From: Perkinsus chesapeaki ATCC PRA-425
Lineage: Eukaryota > Protista > Perkinsozoa
DNA length: 45,858 nucleotides
Direction of reading: 5' to 3'
Assembly (NCBI GenBank): GCA_013115145.1
Contig: JAAPAO010000261.1
Location: 1 to 45,858 of the forward strand
Below the pieces are notes generated by a model that worked only from the letters and a program-made list of their open reading frames with translations, did not search any database and had not been told where the DNA came from. This document shows positions 1 to 14,260 of the stretch, one piece after another. Position 1 is the stretch's first letter, and every line of letters begins with the position of its first letter. Made by a program: the position numbers and the translations under genes.

Positions 1-1010
1 AGCGTCAGTTATCTTTCGCCCAATCTATTATGGGTCGTGACACTACGAGGTAATTTTCCTCCGTAAGTGCAGTTTTCCTCTAAGTGAAAGAAGTTTTCTG
101 TTTCTGATATTATGACGAAGACATAAGAGACGACTAGTTTTTCTTTACACCCTTGTCAATGTTGAGTTGTACTAAAAAAAGGCAAGCAACACAATTCCTT
201 GTCTATCACTAAATTAGTTTGAGTCAGAAGAGCACGTGCTGAGTATTGCAAGCCATTGTTTGGGCCCCTCTTTGTCCTGTCTGTTGGTACGGCACGTGAA
301 CTCTTGAGAATTCTCCTCGTGTGTGATAGCTTGGGATCTACGTGACCTCTCCGTCAAATCAAGTCGTAGAGTCTCTATCACACGTTGAGCTCACTTTGCG
401 CGCCACCCCATTCCCTGGCATGCTTGACTAGTCATCCGTTATCACTGTTGTTGAGATTGGGGGGACTCCGTCCTTCTCGCAGACTTTGCGTAAGTCTGCC
501 TGATCGACAGAGTCTACATTCCAGCCATAAGCCATAGGCTTCGGGCTGAGAATGTCCTCCCAACCCCAGTGACCATGGAATTTCACGGCGCTGAAGCTCT
601 TGGGAAAGAGTCTGGCGGAGTCAAAATCATTCCTCGGTTGAAACTTTGAGCTTAGCTCGCTCCCTTATGGAGAATCATTCAGGAACTGTTCTGGTCGGTT
701 GTTCAGCGACAGGCAAGGTCACATAGCATGGCCTCGGCACCCAATTCATGTCCTCGCTTCCTTCTTACAGGGAGTATGGATGATGTTGCGATGCTGATTG
801 CACGGCCGGTTGTACCTATCACGCCGACATTGGTATGGTTGTCTGGTGCTGGATCCTAGCTACAGGCAGCTCCATGAAAGTCGCGCGATGCTGTCTCCAG
901 AAATGATGCCCCTCCTAGCCATTAGGTAAGCACTCGCAGGTTCATGATATTCCAGAGTAGCCATCGCTACATGTTGCAGAGTAATCTCGAAGCAGGGCTC
1001 ACGAAGTTGA
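1..1010 (+). CDS. 3' part of a multi-exon gene, product unknown (begins before the window)
   Basis: Successive open segments bounded by GT..AG (e.g. VYIPAISHRLRAENVLPTPVTMEFHGAEALGKESGGVKIIP; GSMDDVAMLIARPVVPITPTL; QLHESRAMLSPEMMPLLAIR). The stop position depends on acceptor choice. No family recognised. Confidence 0.4.
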
Positions 1011-1502
1011 AGACATTCTATGTCACATATTGTCGCTGTGCATCGAGTACTTCATCTTTAATGGAGCCACAGCCGAAGGCCCACCACATTCAGCCAACCG
1101 GCTGCTAAGAGTCCCGCTGCTCTTGAAGTCTCCGCTGGTTCTCGAAGGGTTTCAAAGCGAAATCAGATCAAGTTACCTACTTGGCCGCCTGTGACACGTG
1201 TGAGCTCATTTAGCAGTGTTAGTAATACTGTACTTGCATGAGTCTGCGTGAGTTCAGCGCCAAAAGTGGCTTAGTTAGACTATCCGTTCTATGCGCAACG
1301 ATCTGATACTTGTGGTAGAAGTCTCACATTCATGGTACTGTTACCATGAGTGCGTCATATTGTGAGCCACACGGTGTGGCCCAGCGTGGTGTGATAGTGA
1401 GGTATTCTCTGCCGTGTAGGTCCAACCGTGGAACCCTGCAGATCTAGCGGTTTTGATGAGTACCTCCGACAAAGCCACTGAATTGCTCTTCACCGAGCAG
1501 CA

Positions 1503-2950
1503 TTAACTCAATGATGTGCTGGCCCCGTGCCTAAGTGTTTTTAATGATCTCGAACCATGACTATTTGAGCTTGTATCCGATACTCTGTCACACGGCAGAT
1601 TCTTCTGTAGACTTAGCCTTCTCACGGTGCTTCCCTTGATAGATCTCACTGAAACTTTTGCCCTCAGTGTTGTTTGGCGCTTAGCCCCTTCTTTACACTG
1701 TGCAGCCCACAGTCCGGCACCCAACTCCATAGGCATTCCGTGCCTAGCGCATACACTGGCAACTTAGGCGAACAGTAAGCCTTAGTCGACTCAGTTGAGA
1801 GCCTGCAAGAACCTCCATACGAGACCATGAAGGATATTCGCTCTGCGTGGCAATGACCGTTTGTACAGGAAATACTTTGCCGGCTAAATGGGAGCTGAGT
1901 TCTCTAGTCTTTGGAAATAGCATGTCAACGACAAGTGTTTTAACATATACACTGACAATTATTTGTCTGACATTGCAGAGTATAATATTGATGGTTGGAA
2001 TATAACTACGACCGTACATTCTTCGCCTGTGGAAATTGCGTTGATCAATTACTGTATAATACAAGTATGACTGGGCTAGGATGTAATCTACTGATCTTCG
2101 ATCAGCTCTTTTGAAGGGGGTGGTTCCATAACAACGCTTAGATCGTGAGGACGATCAATGCGAATATCGACACTTCAGAGAGCCGTCCAATCAGCGCAAA
2201 GCAAGGAAGCATGGAGGTGACCTGAGCAAGATACCTTGATGCGCAGCCGTGCTGCCACCTCCTGGTTCCTCCGAGAAGCTTTCTCTCTAAACACGCGTTT
2301 CGGTTTTGGGGGGTCTTCGTGGCCAACTTCGAACAGGACACTCTGAGTGAATGTTAGTTAAGTCATGGCGGGCCACCAAGCGCCGAGGTTCCACAAGCTC
2401 GTCTTCAGCTTTTACCACTTTCCTCATGTTTCTGCTACCGTCAACTTTAACCCTACGTGATGTGATGCTTCACGGGAAGAGCGCACGCGTGCAACCTCTG
2501 CACGCATGCACAAACCATGCACCACTGTTGTAATTGGCTTATCATGGCCCTCCCTGCTATGTAGTTCCTCTCACTTTTTACATCGCCACAGAATACATGA
2601 AGATCTGGAAGCCTTAAAAGGCTGAACTTACTAATGCTCAATAATGCGGGCCTATGTCCTTCAACATCTTCCTAAAGCTTTTTCATCCTCCATACAGCTT
2701 CGAGGAGTTAGGCCAGCAAAACTATGTACACTAATGTCCGCCAGCTCGAGCTGTGTCGGAGATGAGATACACGCCTGCTTACGGATCTGATAGTTTTCTA
2801 TCAATTGTTACACGCTCCAGCTCCTTCACCCAACATGTGGTCAGTTTGTGCGCACGCGTGCAATATTGCACAATTGATTGTCTCCTTTTGTTGCTAACTG
2901 AGTATGCAGTTTTTCCCCAGTGTTGGTTCATTCGCCCATTAAGTGAATAT
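1503..2950 (-). CDS. Probable multi-exon hypothetical gene, divergent from the helicase
   Basis: Open segments flanked by splice-like sites (LPDLHVFCGDVKSERNYIAGRAMISQLQQW; VKVDGSRNMRKVVKAEDELVEPRR; CPVRSWPRRPPKPKRVFREKASRRNQEVAARLRIK; SEYPSWSRMEVLAGSQLSRLRLTVR). Boundaries uncertain. Confidence 0.35.
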
Positions 2951-3024
2951 GACCCCAGCTCCTGAAGTCGGCTCTTGGGGTTCCAGCCAATGGAACGAGC
3001 AGAACACCAGAGGTACCCTACCAA

Positions 3025-5356
<2,332 letters not shown>

Positions 5357-5734
5357 TAACCGAGATACCCGGCTCGCGTCTCCATTGAAGATTAAAACTC
5401 CTTCTGCAGTTACTGGCGCCCCGGTATGTGAAAAAGTATGGGTTTTGAAGCTTGCCTTGGGAGGGAATAATAATCCGCGATGATGAAGACGGGGCAATAA
5501 TTTGACTACTAACCTGATTGCTGCTAAGCTGATGTGTGCTTTTAATAAGGAAGGTTTCCCACGTATTGTTTATCGGCTTTTGAGTTGGCCAAGTTAATGC
5601 GCCGCAGCACAGTGTGTGCGCGAATCCAGTGTACTCATTGATTGTTCATTATATGATTGTTGTTTACGTTATTCAGTCGCGAGAAGAAAATACTTCTCGG
5701 GAGAAAATCCAAACGGATATATATATTCGAGAAA

Positions 5735-5806
5735 AGTCGCTACCCGGATTTGAACCGGGGTTGTCACGGCCACAACGTGACGTCCTAACCACTAGACGAT
5801 AGCGAC
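5735..5806 (-). tRNA. tRNA-His (GTG)
   Basis: Minus strand GTCGCTATCGTCTAGTGGTTAGGACGTCACGTTGTGGCCGTGACAACCCCGGTTCAAATCCGGGTAGCGAC(T): 7-bp acceptor stem, anticodon arm TCACG-TT-GTG-GC-CGTGA, T-loop, followed by TTTT. Confidence 0.95.
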
Positions 5807-6223
5807 TGTAATTTTGGAGTAACGTGGCCATCGATCAAGAATCCAACTAGCTAGTTATGTGGTTGATGCGAATCAACTTGATTCGTAAGACCTCGTTGAG
5901 GAATTAAGAGACTTGATCACTATCCATTAGCGGTCTTGCCTGGCGCGTATTCAGCGGTTATGTTCTTTTGACGAGTGGAACCAGGCGCACTTCTACTATA
6001 GCATATTTCCAAATATCCCCAAGGATAGGATTGGACGTGCGGCGTTATAGCAGCTACCCTATTGCTGCTAAACCCTCACTGCCGAAACCCCAATTGATAG
6101 TTGATGAATTCAATGCCCAGGAGGCTTAGTTCTAATGCTTCCGCACTTGCGTTCGAGATAACTTGGTTAACTTAACTCGTGAACGTGATAGAAAAAGTGA
6201 TTAGTAAGTCCAAGGGCAATCGA

Positions 6224-7914
6224 TTAAACCTTCATAGCGTTCAGGACAGCCTCGCAAAGATCTGCCTTCTCAACACAATTCGCAACCTAAAGTGTAAGGT
6301 GATGCGATCAGAGGGGAGCAACTTTACTTCAGTAGAGTTCACATTGAAGAGCCGCAGAGCGTGCTTTAGCTGTTTAACCGGCAGACTGCTGACAAGCTCC
6401 TCATCAGATTCTGAACAAACACACTTTCCCAAGCGCACAACTGCTAAGTCGACACTCACTTCCTCGACAACCAAGTTTTGCCTTCAATTTCATCCACAAT
6501 GCTATATCATCGATTTCGTTCTCTCTTGCTGAGTGTTCCATACCGGGGTACCTATCACCACTACGGGGCACTCAGGCCGACCAATGCTTACCAAACAAGC
6601 GTCAGATCTTTTGCTCCGAGCTCGCGGAGATGGTCGACGGTCTCCTGGGCGAATTTGGGAAGTATAACTGGATCGCTGGTGCCATGGCATTGTATGACAG
6701 GAGTGTTAACAGCGTTAGGAGATAACTTGAACCTGACGACATTCTGCCAAGAGTGACCGATGGTGAACTTACTCATCGGGACGGACAATACACCCGCTCA
6801 TTGAGACCACACCACCGTAGCTTCCTTGTTGGGACTGGAGACCGACCCAATAGGACATAGCTCCGCCTTGGGAAAAACCGGCTAATACCTAGTAGATAGC
6901 ATATAAGGGAGTGATAGAGAGGTAAGCGTTCTTAAGGTAAGTATTGTTGAGGTCGAAAGCGACATCTTCCATTGATAAGCAATGATCGCTACGTAGAGAG
7001 GCCTTTTATATGCTGACGAAAAAGTTAATAACGGCAACGGTCATAACACTGGTGCACCAAAGAAAGGAGGATGGAACAACGAAAGAGAATGTCCAAGCGA
7101 TTCCGAAGAAGCCCGTTCGATTTCCGTATCTCTTGAGATTCCCAAGTTCCCAAGCAAATACGTTCATTTCCTCTTAGCTGGGAGAAAAGGATGTATTTAG
7201 TATTACTATAAGGGAGGAAGATAACATATGTCATAGCAGCGCTGCAGTGGATGAGGCAGCTTACAATGTCTTTCTTTTCTATACCACTCTCTTGCATCTC
7301 TTTCTCAACCATCGCTTCAACCCTCGCAGCAGACTTCTCGATTCCACCAGCCTTTGCTGTCTCCTTGCTAGCATCCGCACCAAGAGCCTCAATATCATAC
7401 CTAATGCATGCAACTTCCATACCGACTTTTCCTCCAATTACCATGATGGCATGGGAGCTCCATAGTTTAGGGTAACCGGCATCGACAGCGCCGTTGGCAG
7501 GATGAAGCGGGTTGATGGGAAACTTTTAGACCAATAATGTGCCACGTCGAGCCATCCATTCGCGGTGTCACCGAGACCGTGCATCAGGAACACCGCACCT
7601 GATTTGAGAAAAAGTCGGTATGCACGCATGCGCAACCCAACATCTTTACTGTTAACCTTTCCTTCCTTCGGCGTCAATACCAACACTTTGCCGTTTTCGC
7701 GACTGGTTACGTTATGTGACATTCTTGTAAACGATCGACTTCGATAAAATAAGGAAGATGAAGCTGTTCTTAGCAGAGACCTGCTGACAGTGGTGGGAGT
7801 CAGGAAATCTTTCCCTAGTAAAACTGACATAAGTCTACCCAATGGTATCTTTGCGCACCCGGAAGATTCTTCCGAACTCAACCGCTTCGCCAGAGACAGA
7901 AACCACATTTTCAT
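6224..7914 (-). CDS. Acyl-protein thioesterase/lysophospholipase-like alpha/beta hydrolase, copy 1, with N-terminal extension and C-terminal helical module
   Basis: MHGLGDTANGW, FILPTA, nucleophile GFSQGG, HGTSDP (Asp), YPGMEH (His); spliced tail KSDEELVSSLPVKQLKHALRLFNVNSTEVANCVEKADLCEAVLNAMKV*. Confidence 0.9.
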
Positions 7915-8238
7915 GTCACAAAGCTGACTCGATTCTTCTTATCAAAGAATTGCGTATCTCCGCAGACTCGTCACCAGATTTCGGCATAGGGCTGCCCTGA
8001 GTTTGAATAACCATCAAAGGCCTCATATCAATTCAGGAATGAAGTCACTTCCTCACGGCCTCCATGAGGAGTATGGGAGAGGCAATATGATCGAGTACTA
8101 TATGTTTAATGATGTATAACAAGTGTCGCCCATGCGAAAGTCAAATCTGAGATTTTTGAGGTCAGGTGCCCCAGCAGTGAAGAGCGAACTATCGACTTCA
8201 CTCGATAGCCAACTTCACAGATATTCACAAACTACTTG

Positions 8239-8400
8239 CAGTGGCGTAGCTGGGTACGTGACCGTGAGGGGCAAGGTGGGGGCAGACCTACCCCGCTAAG
8301 GGTCAATTACTGTCCCCAAAACCTATACCCCACAGCACCCATACCTGTCAGCAGGGGGGCAGCGCGGGGGCGAGCATCGCTGCAGGGGGGAGGCTACCGA
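8239..8400 (+). mobile_element. Possible DNA-transposon (hAT-like) terminal fragment
   Basis: Begins CAGTGGCGTAGCTGGG followed by G/C-run-rich sequence, resembling hAT-type termini. No matching opposite end found. Confidence 0.3.
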
Positions 8401-8930
8401 AAGCAAGAATCCAAGTAGACTACTTGAATTCTTGATTTCGGTGTTGGAAAAATGCATAATTGGAATTCCATTCATTCCACATGCGTACCTCTCGCCAATA
8501 GATATGGAAATTTCACGCGCGACATCTTCGACTTGTTGTATTATTTGGATAAGACATTATACAAACCGGTCCGGCGGCGTACAAAGTTCAACAGCTGGCT
8601 TGTTGCTCAATGCCTGATATTACAACTCGGTATAAAACCAAATCAAACTTGTATGTTGAAATATATTCGTATGCTCGCCTTAGCCGAATCGATTATGCTG
8701 GGCCAGGAAGGAAAACTTTTCGTAGGAAACCTGGTAAAGATTAGACCATTTTTTCTGGAAAAAAGGGTGGGAAAATTTCCCAACCACATGGCGAGCTTCT
8801 TCCTCTTTCCCGTGCCCAATCGGCAACCTGAAGTAGTTCTCATCGCGCTATATATCCCAGAACCAATTTACGTTAAATTTATACCGACTTCATTCATTTC
8901 AAAAGGGAACGTTGAACTCATACGAAACAA

Positions 8931-11195
8931 CTAGTCATTTGCTACCTCATCGAAAGGGACGAGTCAGGAAGGCACGATATGGTCACCTGTGAAGATATAT
9001 CCAATCGAAGAACTCTAGCAGCTTGATGTAGCTCTTTGCTCTTCAATGATTCGAGAATCTGCATGATTGGACCTAAGATACCATTGTGTCACAGCTGTCC
9101 CCTTTTGCACCGCACCCACGCAAACCAATAAGGTAAGGCTAGCGAGAACTGCGTAGATTCTCTTAAACTGAAGTTGGTGTTGTTCTGCTAATAGAAAGAA
9201 TATCAACGCACAAGTGATGCTACTGTGGACAAGTCGACGGCAACGAGCTCGACTGAAGTTGGACGGAGCAATGCGGCGCAGAATCTGTGATAAGTCTATT
9301 TCGGCTTCCACAAGACCCCGGTGCTATTTGTCAAGCTATCATTGATACAACAGATTAATTCTACGACTTCAAGCATTCGTAAAGCAGCAGCAGCAGCACC
9401 ATGGGCAGGGTTCTGTGCCAACATCTGCTGCTGCTGCTGGTTGTTAGCTGTCCCGCAATGCATGGTCAATGTTATTAATAGTAGATAGTAGGTCACGCAG
9501 TCAATCATGGATTATTAATAGCCACTAGTATGGGAGTTACCAACGGCTTTAGGATCGCTTCATTCTTTTAATTCCATCAATTCACATTCGCGAAAATGTT
9601 TGCGAAGAATGTTTAAATTGCAACAGCTGGGATTCGAACTTGCGCGGATCGACCTTACGTTCTCGGCAACCAAGCTTTGCTTTAATTTTAAGCCAAACTG
9701 CAATATCGCGTATCTCTTCGCCACAAGCCGAGTGCTGCATACCAGGGTATCTCGAGGTTAAGCATGCAAGATACGCAACAGGTCACCTTGCTCCCCACAT
9801 AATAAAAGTGGTATCCTTGAGGCCAGCTCTCTCTAAATGGTCCATAGTCGCTACTGCCGCCTCCGAGGCAACCATCGGATCCGAATCACCATGACAATGA
9901 ATTACCGGAGTGGACGTCGCAGCAGCCTTCGAAAGACGGAAACTGAAATCCAACGGAATTGCTACCATACCTCCGCAACAATGTGTGGCCCTCGAGGGGA
10001 ACATTTCCGCGCAGCTAAAGCTTGTGTAATTGTGAATAGTCTGCTCCAAAATGATTAAGGGCAGATAAACCATGTGCAGAGGAAACAATAAAAGAACACC
10101 ACATTATATCGGCCTCGAGCTCCTTGTGGGCCGAACGGGTAAAAGCGAGAATCTTCCCGATCATCCGTTGGTCGTCTTCTTTAAAGTAGCATAACTCCTT
10201 TTATGATACGGCAATGCTAAATGCTAAAGGTGATAAATTATCAGACTAGAGGAATCGCTTGAAGCGAGCCGCTTCAAGCGACTTGTTATTTACCATGATC
10301 AGAAGATTTGAAGATATCTTACGCACTATGGAGATTCTCAAGAGCTCACCTGCTCGCCTTGGGAAGATACCCGCTCATTGCCACCACTCCAGCATAGCTT
10401 TCTTCTTCGTCTTGTAGCCCGACCCAATAGGACATCGCTCCGCCCTGTGAGAATCCGGCTAAAACCTAGATGAACGCAAGTCAACCTATCTCGTATCTTG
10501 CACGCTCATTACGATATCTTTTTTATCTATTCCAGTACTTGCCATCTCTTCAGCGACAATCTGTTTAATTCTACCAGCCGATTCCTCTATTCCCTCCGCA
10601 GTGGTCTCCAGTCTTGACGAATCCAGGGATTTAATATCATACCTTGCGCACGCGGGCATACCACAACTCCCGCTGGATCTCTGGCGGTGCGGAGGTTCCG
10701 CGAAAATTCCCAGAAATTTAGCCAACGACGGAAAATTCAACGACGAAGTAGAAATTACTGCGAAGTAAGTTTTACTGCTAATCCCACCTTGAATGTTCAG
10801 CGACCAATTCAAGGCTTACCAAGAGGGCATCGGAGCTCCCATGTTTATGGTGACAGGTTGGACCTTGGCAGTTGGCAAGATGAAACGAGTTGATGGAAAA
10901 TCCCTCGACCATATCCTCGCGGCATCAACCCACCCCTCAGCAGTATCGCCAAGACCGTGCATGATTATCATTAGACCTACGGAGAATCTTGCGTTAGTTT
11001 ACTTAACCTACGGAGGATGACCAGAGACTCTGACCACCAGAGTATCGTACTCTCACTGTGAATTGTAATGAAGGCAGTGCCTATTAGTCACACGTCGTTA
11101 AAAATTTTCTCGAATGAACGCCAAAAATCTCGATGTTTCCGTACAGCTAAGCGAAGGTGAATAAGTGAGATCCGCGCTCGAACTCAAGATACCAT
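8931..11195 (-). CDS. Acyl-protein thioesterase/lysophospholipase-like hydrolase, copy 2 (tandem paralog)
   Basis: MHGLGDTAEGW, GFSQGGAMSYWVGL, HGDSDP, YPGMQH, IAVWLKLKAKLGCRE; largely the same intron positions as copy 1; tail ILESLKSKELHQAARVLRLDISSQ-VAND*. Start codon assignment is tentative. Confidence 0.85.
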
Positions 11196-11612
11196 GACTG
11201 TGTGTGTAAGTTCTGAGTCTAACGCAGGAAGACTTCAAGAGACTTCTTGACTCAACTTCCTATCGAGTAGGTAGGAGCGGGCCCACATAAGGGCGGTCGA
11301 TGCAGTTATTATAACTGCATAATAACTATAATAGAGAAGTTAGTTGCCGACAATAAGAGGGATACACGCATTGTTGAGAATGACAAGCTGGAGCGAGAGG
11401 ACCCCGTTGGAGTCACTCCAAGGTCCTCTCCTTGCGTACGAAAGCCATCACAGTCAATGACTATTAATCAACAAACGTATAACGCAGAATATCTGCCCGG
11501 TTCGGATGCACGCCAATACCATCATCCGATAGAAAAGGACCTCGATGAGGGAACGCCGATCATGACTGGCAACATTTCCAGCACCGCGCGTGACGCGTAT
11601 CTTGCAGTTGAT

Positions 11613-13830
11613 TTATATTATCAGCAGGCAACCACATAGCCCGCGGTCCTTGCAGCGGAGGTCGGAAACCTCGGAAGGAACATCGAACAGGGTTAAGAAC
11701 ATTAACCCTTGTAAGCCCCTCCACGAGCACTGGTGCTCGCCGAATGGGACAGCGCCTCCAATAGTTCGTTCGTCTTGTCTGGCTTCGAGCTCTTGGCAGG
11801 CTTCAACAGAGTCGTGGCCCTCTTCAGTCGTAATGAGGTTATTAAGTTGTTCTCGTAGCAGAATGAGGTGCCCTTGCAAACGGTCAAGATGCGCACGGGT
11901 ATTCTTCAGCTGAGCTTGAGTAGTTGCTTGTCTCCGGTTGCCTCCAAATTGTTCAATCTTGGTTTGCAGGTTCTATCGATTGTTCTTAAAAACGATTAGC
12001 TGCCTCCATGATGGTCCACCATTGATGGATCAACTCAAGGGGTGGTACTCGAGTTGGCAACAGGGGTTGGGCGGAGCCGGGATACACCTCAGCGAGTTGG
12101 TAGAAGAGTTCAGAAACTATCTCCACATCCTTCTCAATACGTTCACTGTTCCAGTATCACAGCCGGTGATCCACCGGCGACCCAACTGCCAACAGACGTA
12201 AATTTACCATTTTTTGAAAGGAGGATGTCGTGCATTTTTGGAATCATCCAGCCTCACAGAAATGTACTACTCGGGCATAAAATAGGACTCCGAGTGTGGG
12301 AATACAACGGAGATATTGCTAAGAAATATGATCTTACACTAAAAGGAAGCCTGAAATGTATTAGTCGATGAGAAGTTTCAAGGCTTACTGTTGACAGGTC
12401 GACCATCTTTCGGGCTTAACACAACCATTGCGCCCTTTTCTCGAGTTTCCACTACGTGGGTCATCGTCCAAAAACCGCGCCGACCGCTGTGGTTGAAAAG
12501 CGAGCGGAAAATAATGGAAAGTAGCCTTAGCTCAAGCGTGCAGGATACAAAATAGGTTAATCACTGAACACTACCCGTAGTAGCATAATTGGAAAATTAT
12601 TGATAGTTTACTCATGCCTTTCATTGTCAAATTGAATTTATCTTCCCTCCGCTAATGCAATTGTGCTCCACGAAGACTCCTGTATTGGTCGACAGCTTCC
12701 TCGAGATGACATTACAAGAATCTGAATAAGAATATCATACCTCAACCCCGAACATTTGCTAGGAGTAAATTCCAACTCCCACCGAGATGCCTAACACTGC
12801 CCACCTCCATGAAGGCCTTCACTGGATGATCTCTAACAAGACCTTGGAAAGTAGGCACCGGTTCGCCCTGCAACAATTTAGCTAATCTTGACCAATGCGA
12901 AACATTCGCGAGTGCGCTACCTCTTTTTTCCATAACACTTCCAATGCACTCTGCAATGCCGTTCGCCGATCATATATTTTACTCTAAGAGATAACAAACA
13001 TTACACTATAATTTCGTGGCGCGTGACTTACCGATGCTGTGGAAAACGGGGAGGCCGCTCTCGAAGGCGTCCGGCCTCCGGGCGTCCAAGGCGCATCGAA
13101 CACCTCATCAATTTCTGTGAATGGCGTCCGCATGCCCACACTGTGAATGTCATCGAATACACCAGCCGGAATCAAATCTTGTTCATCTTGCACTTCCTCA
13201 ACGCCGCTTCTAGCTGGCGTAAATGGCGGCAAGAAGCTTGCCTGAAGATTTCACCAAATTATGACCGCAGCGCCCAAAAATCCTCCTCACCTCGCTCCGC
13301 GCCACTGGGCTGTGACCCTGTGCTCCTAGCGGTATGGCCGGTACGATTCTTACATCCTCTTGTACATCTTGCATTTCCTCAACGCTCCGTAAGCGACTGT
13401 GTATGAAACCCAGAACATCGTCTGGAGTCAAGTCTGGCATCCCTCCGTGGCGCTTCCGGTGAATAGTTCGTTTTCGAGGATTTGGTACGAGTGAAATTCC
13501 GCTTATGTCCGCCCCTGAAGGACAATACGATAATATCGACCATCGTACAGTACGCCCCGTCCAGAACGTGCCCTCCTTGACAATTGATATATATTTCAAG
13601 TACAAAGAGCTCTCATTTGATTCCTTCGCCGCATCTCAGTAATTCCTTCGCCACTTTTCTGTTGTCCAAGAGGTCTTCAATTTCTGTTTTCGTTTCCACA
13701 TTCTCCTTCTCTATCTTGGAAAATCCACACTTCTTTCTCTATCAATTCTTTCTCTATCAAGTCTTTATCTTCAATTTCTTTGTTCATTTTTCTCGGTTTT
13801 CGTAGATTTTTGTTCAACATTCATTCCTTC
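11613..13830 (-). pseudogene. Degenerate, probably repeat/TE-derived coding region
   Basis: Long protein-like segments broken by stops and frameshifts (YWNSERIEKDVEIVSELFYQLAEVYP..., coiled-coil-like QLKNTRAHLDRLQGHLILLREQLNNL, E/K-rich N-terminal part). No family recognised. Confidence 0.4.
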
Positions 13831-14220
13831 ATTTCCTCCAACGAACTCCCTTATAATAAATGGATAAGGCTGTTCAGTCATATGTTTCCTTATTTCTATA
13901 TAAAATAAATTCCCCCTCTTTCTTCAAGACGGAAGCAAATTTCATTCCCTCCCGAACTCCAGTACTGGATCATCGACTTCCAGTCGGAGAACCGCTTATG
14001 ACGAATACCACAACTCGCGAAAAAAAACGAATGCTCTACGTTTCCTCGAAAAACTAATAAACGAAAAAATGCAGAAAAAATTCGCTTCGCTCCGCCCTCA
14101 CCCTTATTCCTGTCATTTCGTCCTACAGTCGCTCGTCTTGCTCGTCTTCTCGATGCTGCTCTCGCTACAACTTGCCGAGTAGTCGGGGCCGGAACCGCCG
14201 GGGCGACTCTAATTTACAAA

Positions 14221-14260
14221 TGCCTCTGTCAGGGATCGAACCCGTGACCTTTCGTTTACC
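14221..14260 (-). pseudogene. 3' half of a tRNA gene (tRNA-Thr NGT-like)
   Basis: Minus strand (G)GTAAACGAAAGGTCACGGGTTCGATCCCTGACAGAGGCA contains the 3' anticodon arm, variable loop, T-arm, acceptor 3' strand and discriminator. The 5' half is absent. Confidence 0.7.

Noticed and set aside
770-815. GSMDDVAMLIAR resembling the PP2C C-terminal GSxDN motif
   Set aside because: No other PP2C motifs (DGH, DGLWD) were found in the preceding exons.
957-965. GTAGCCATC, a partial match to the perkinsid/dinoflagellate spliced leader
   Set aside because: Only 9 nt, which is expected by chance; no TTGGCTCAAG continuation or Sm site.
5614-5802. 62-aa ORF containing LPGFEPG
   Set aside because: It is the antisense translation of tRNA-His.
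8452-8934. 160-aa plus-strand ORF
   Set aside because: No recognisable motifs; it abuts the thioesterase 3' end in antisense and cannot be supported as a gene.
14168-14182. 15-mer CAACTTGCCGAGTAG shared (inverted) with 45840-45854
   Set aside because: About two 15-bp matches are expected by chance in a window of this size, and the similarity does not extend.
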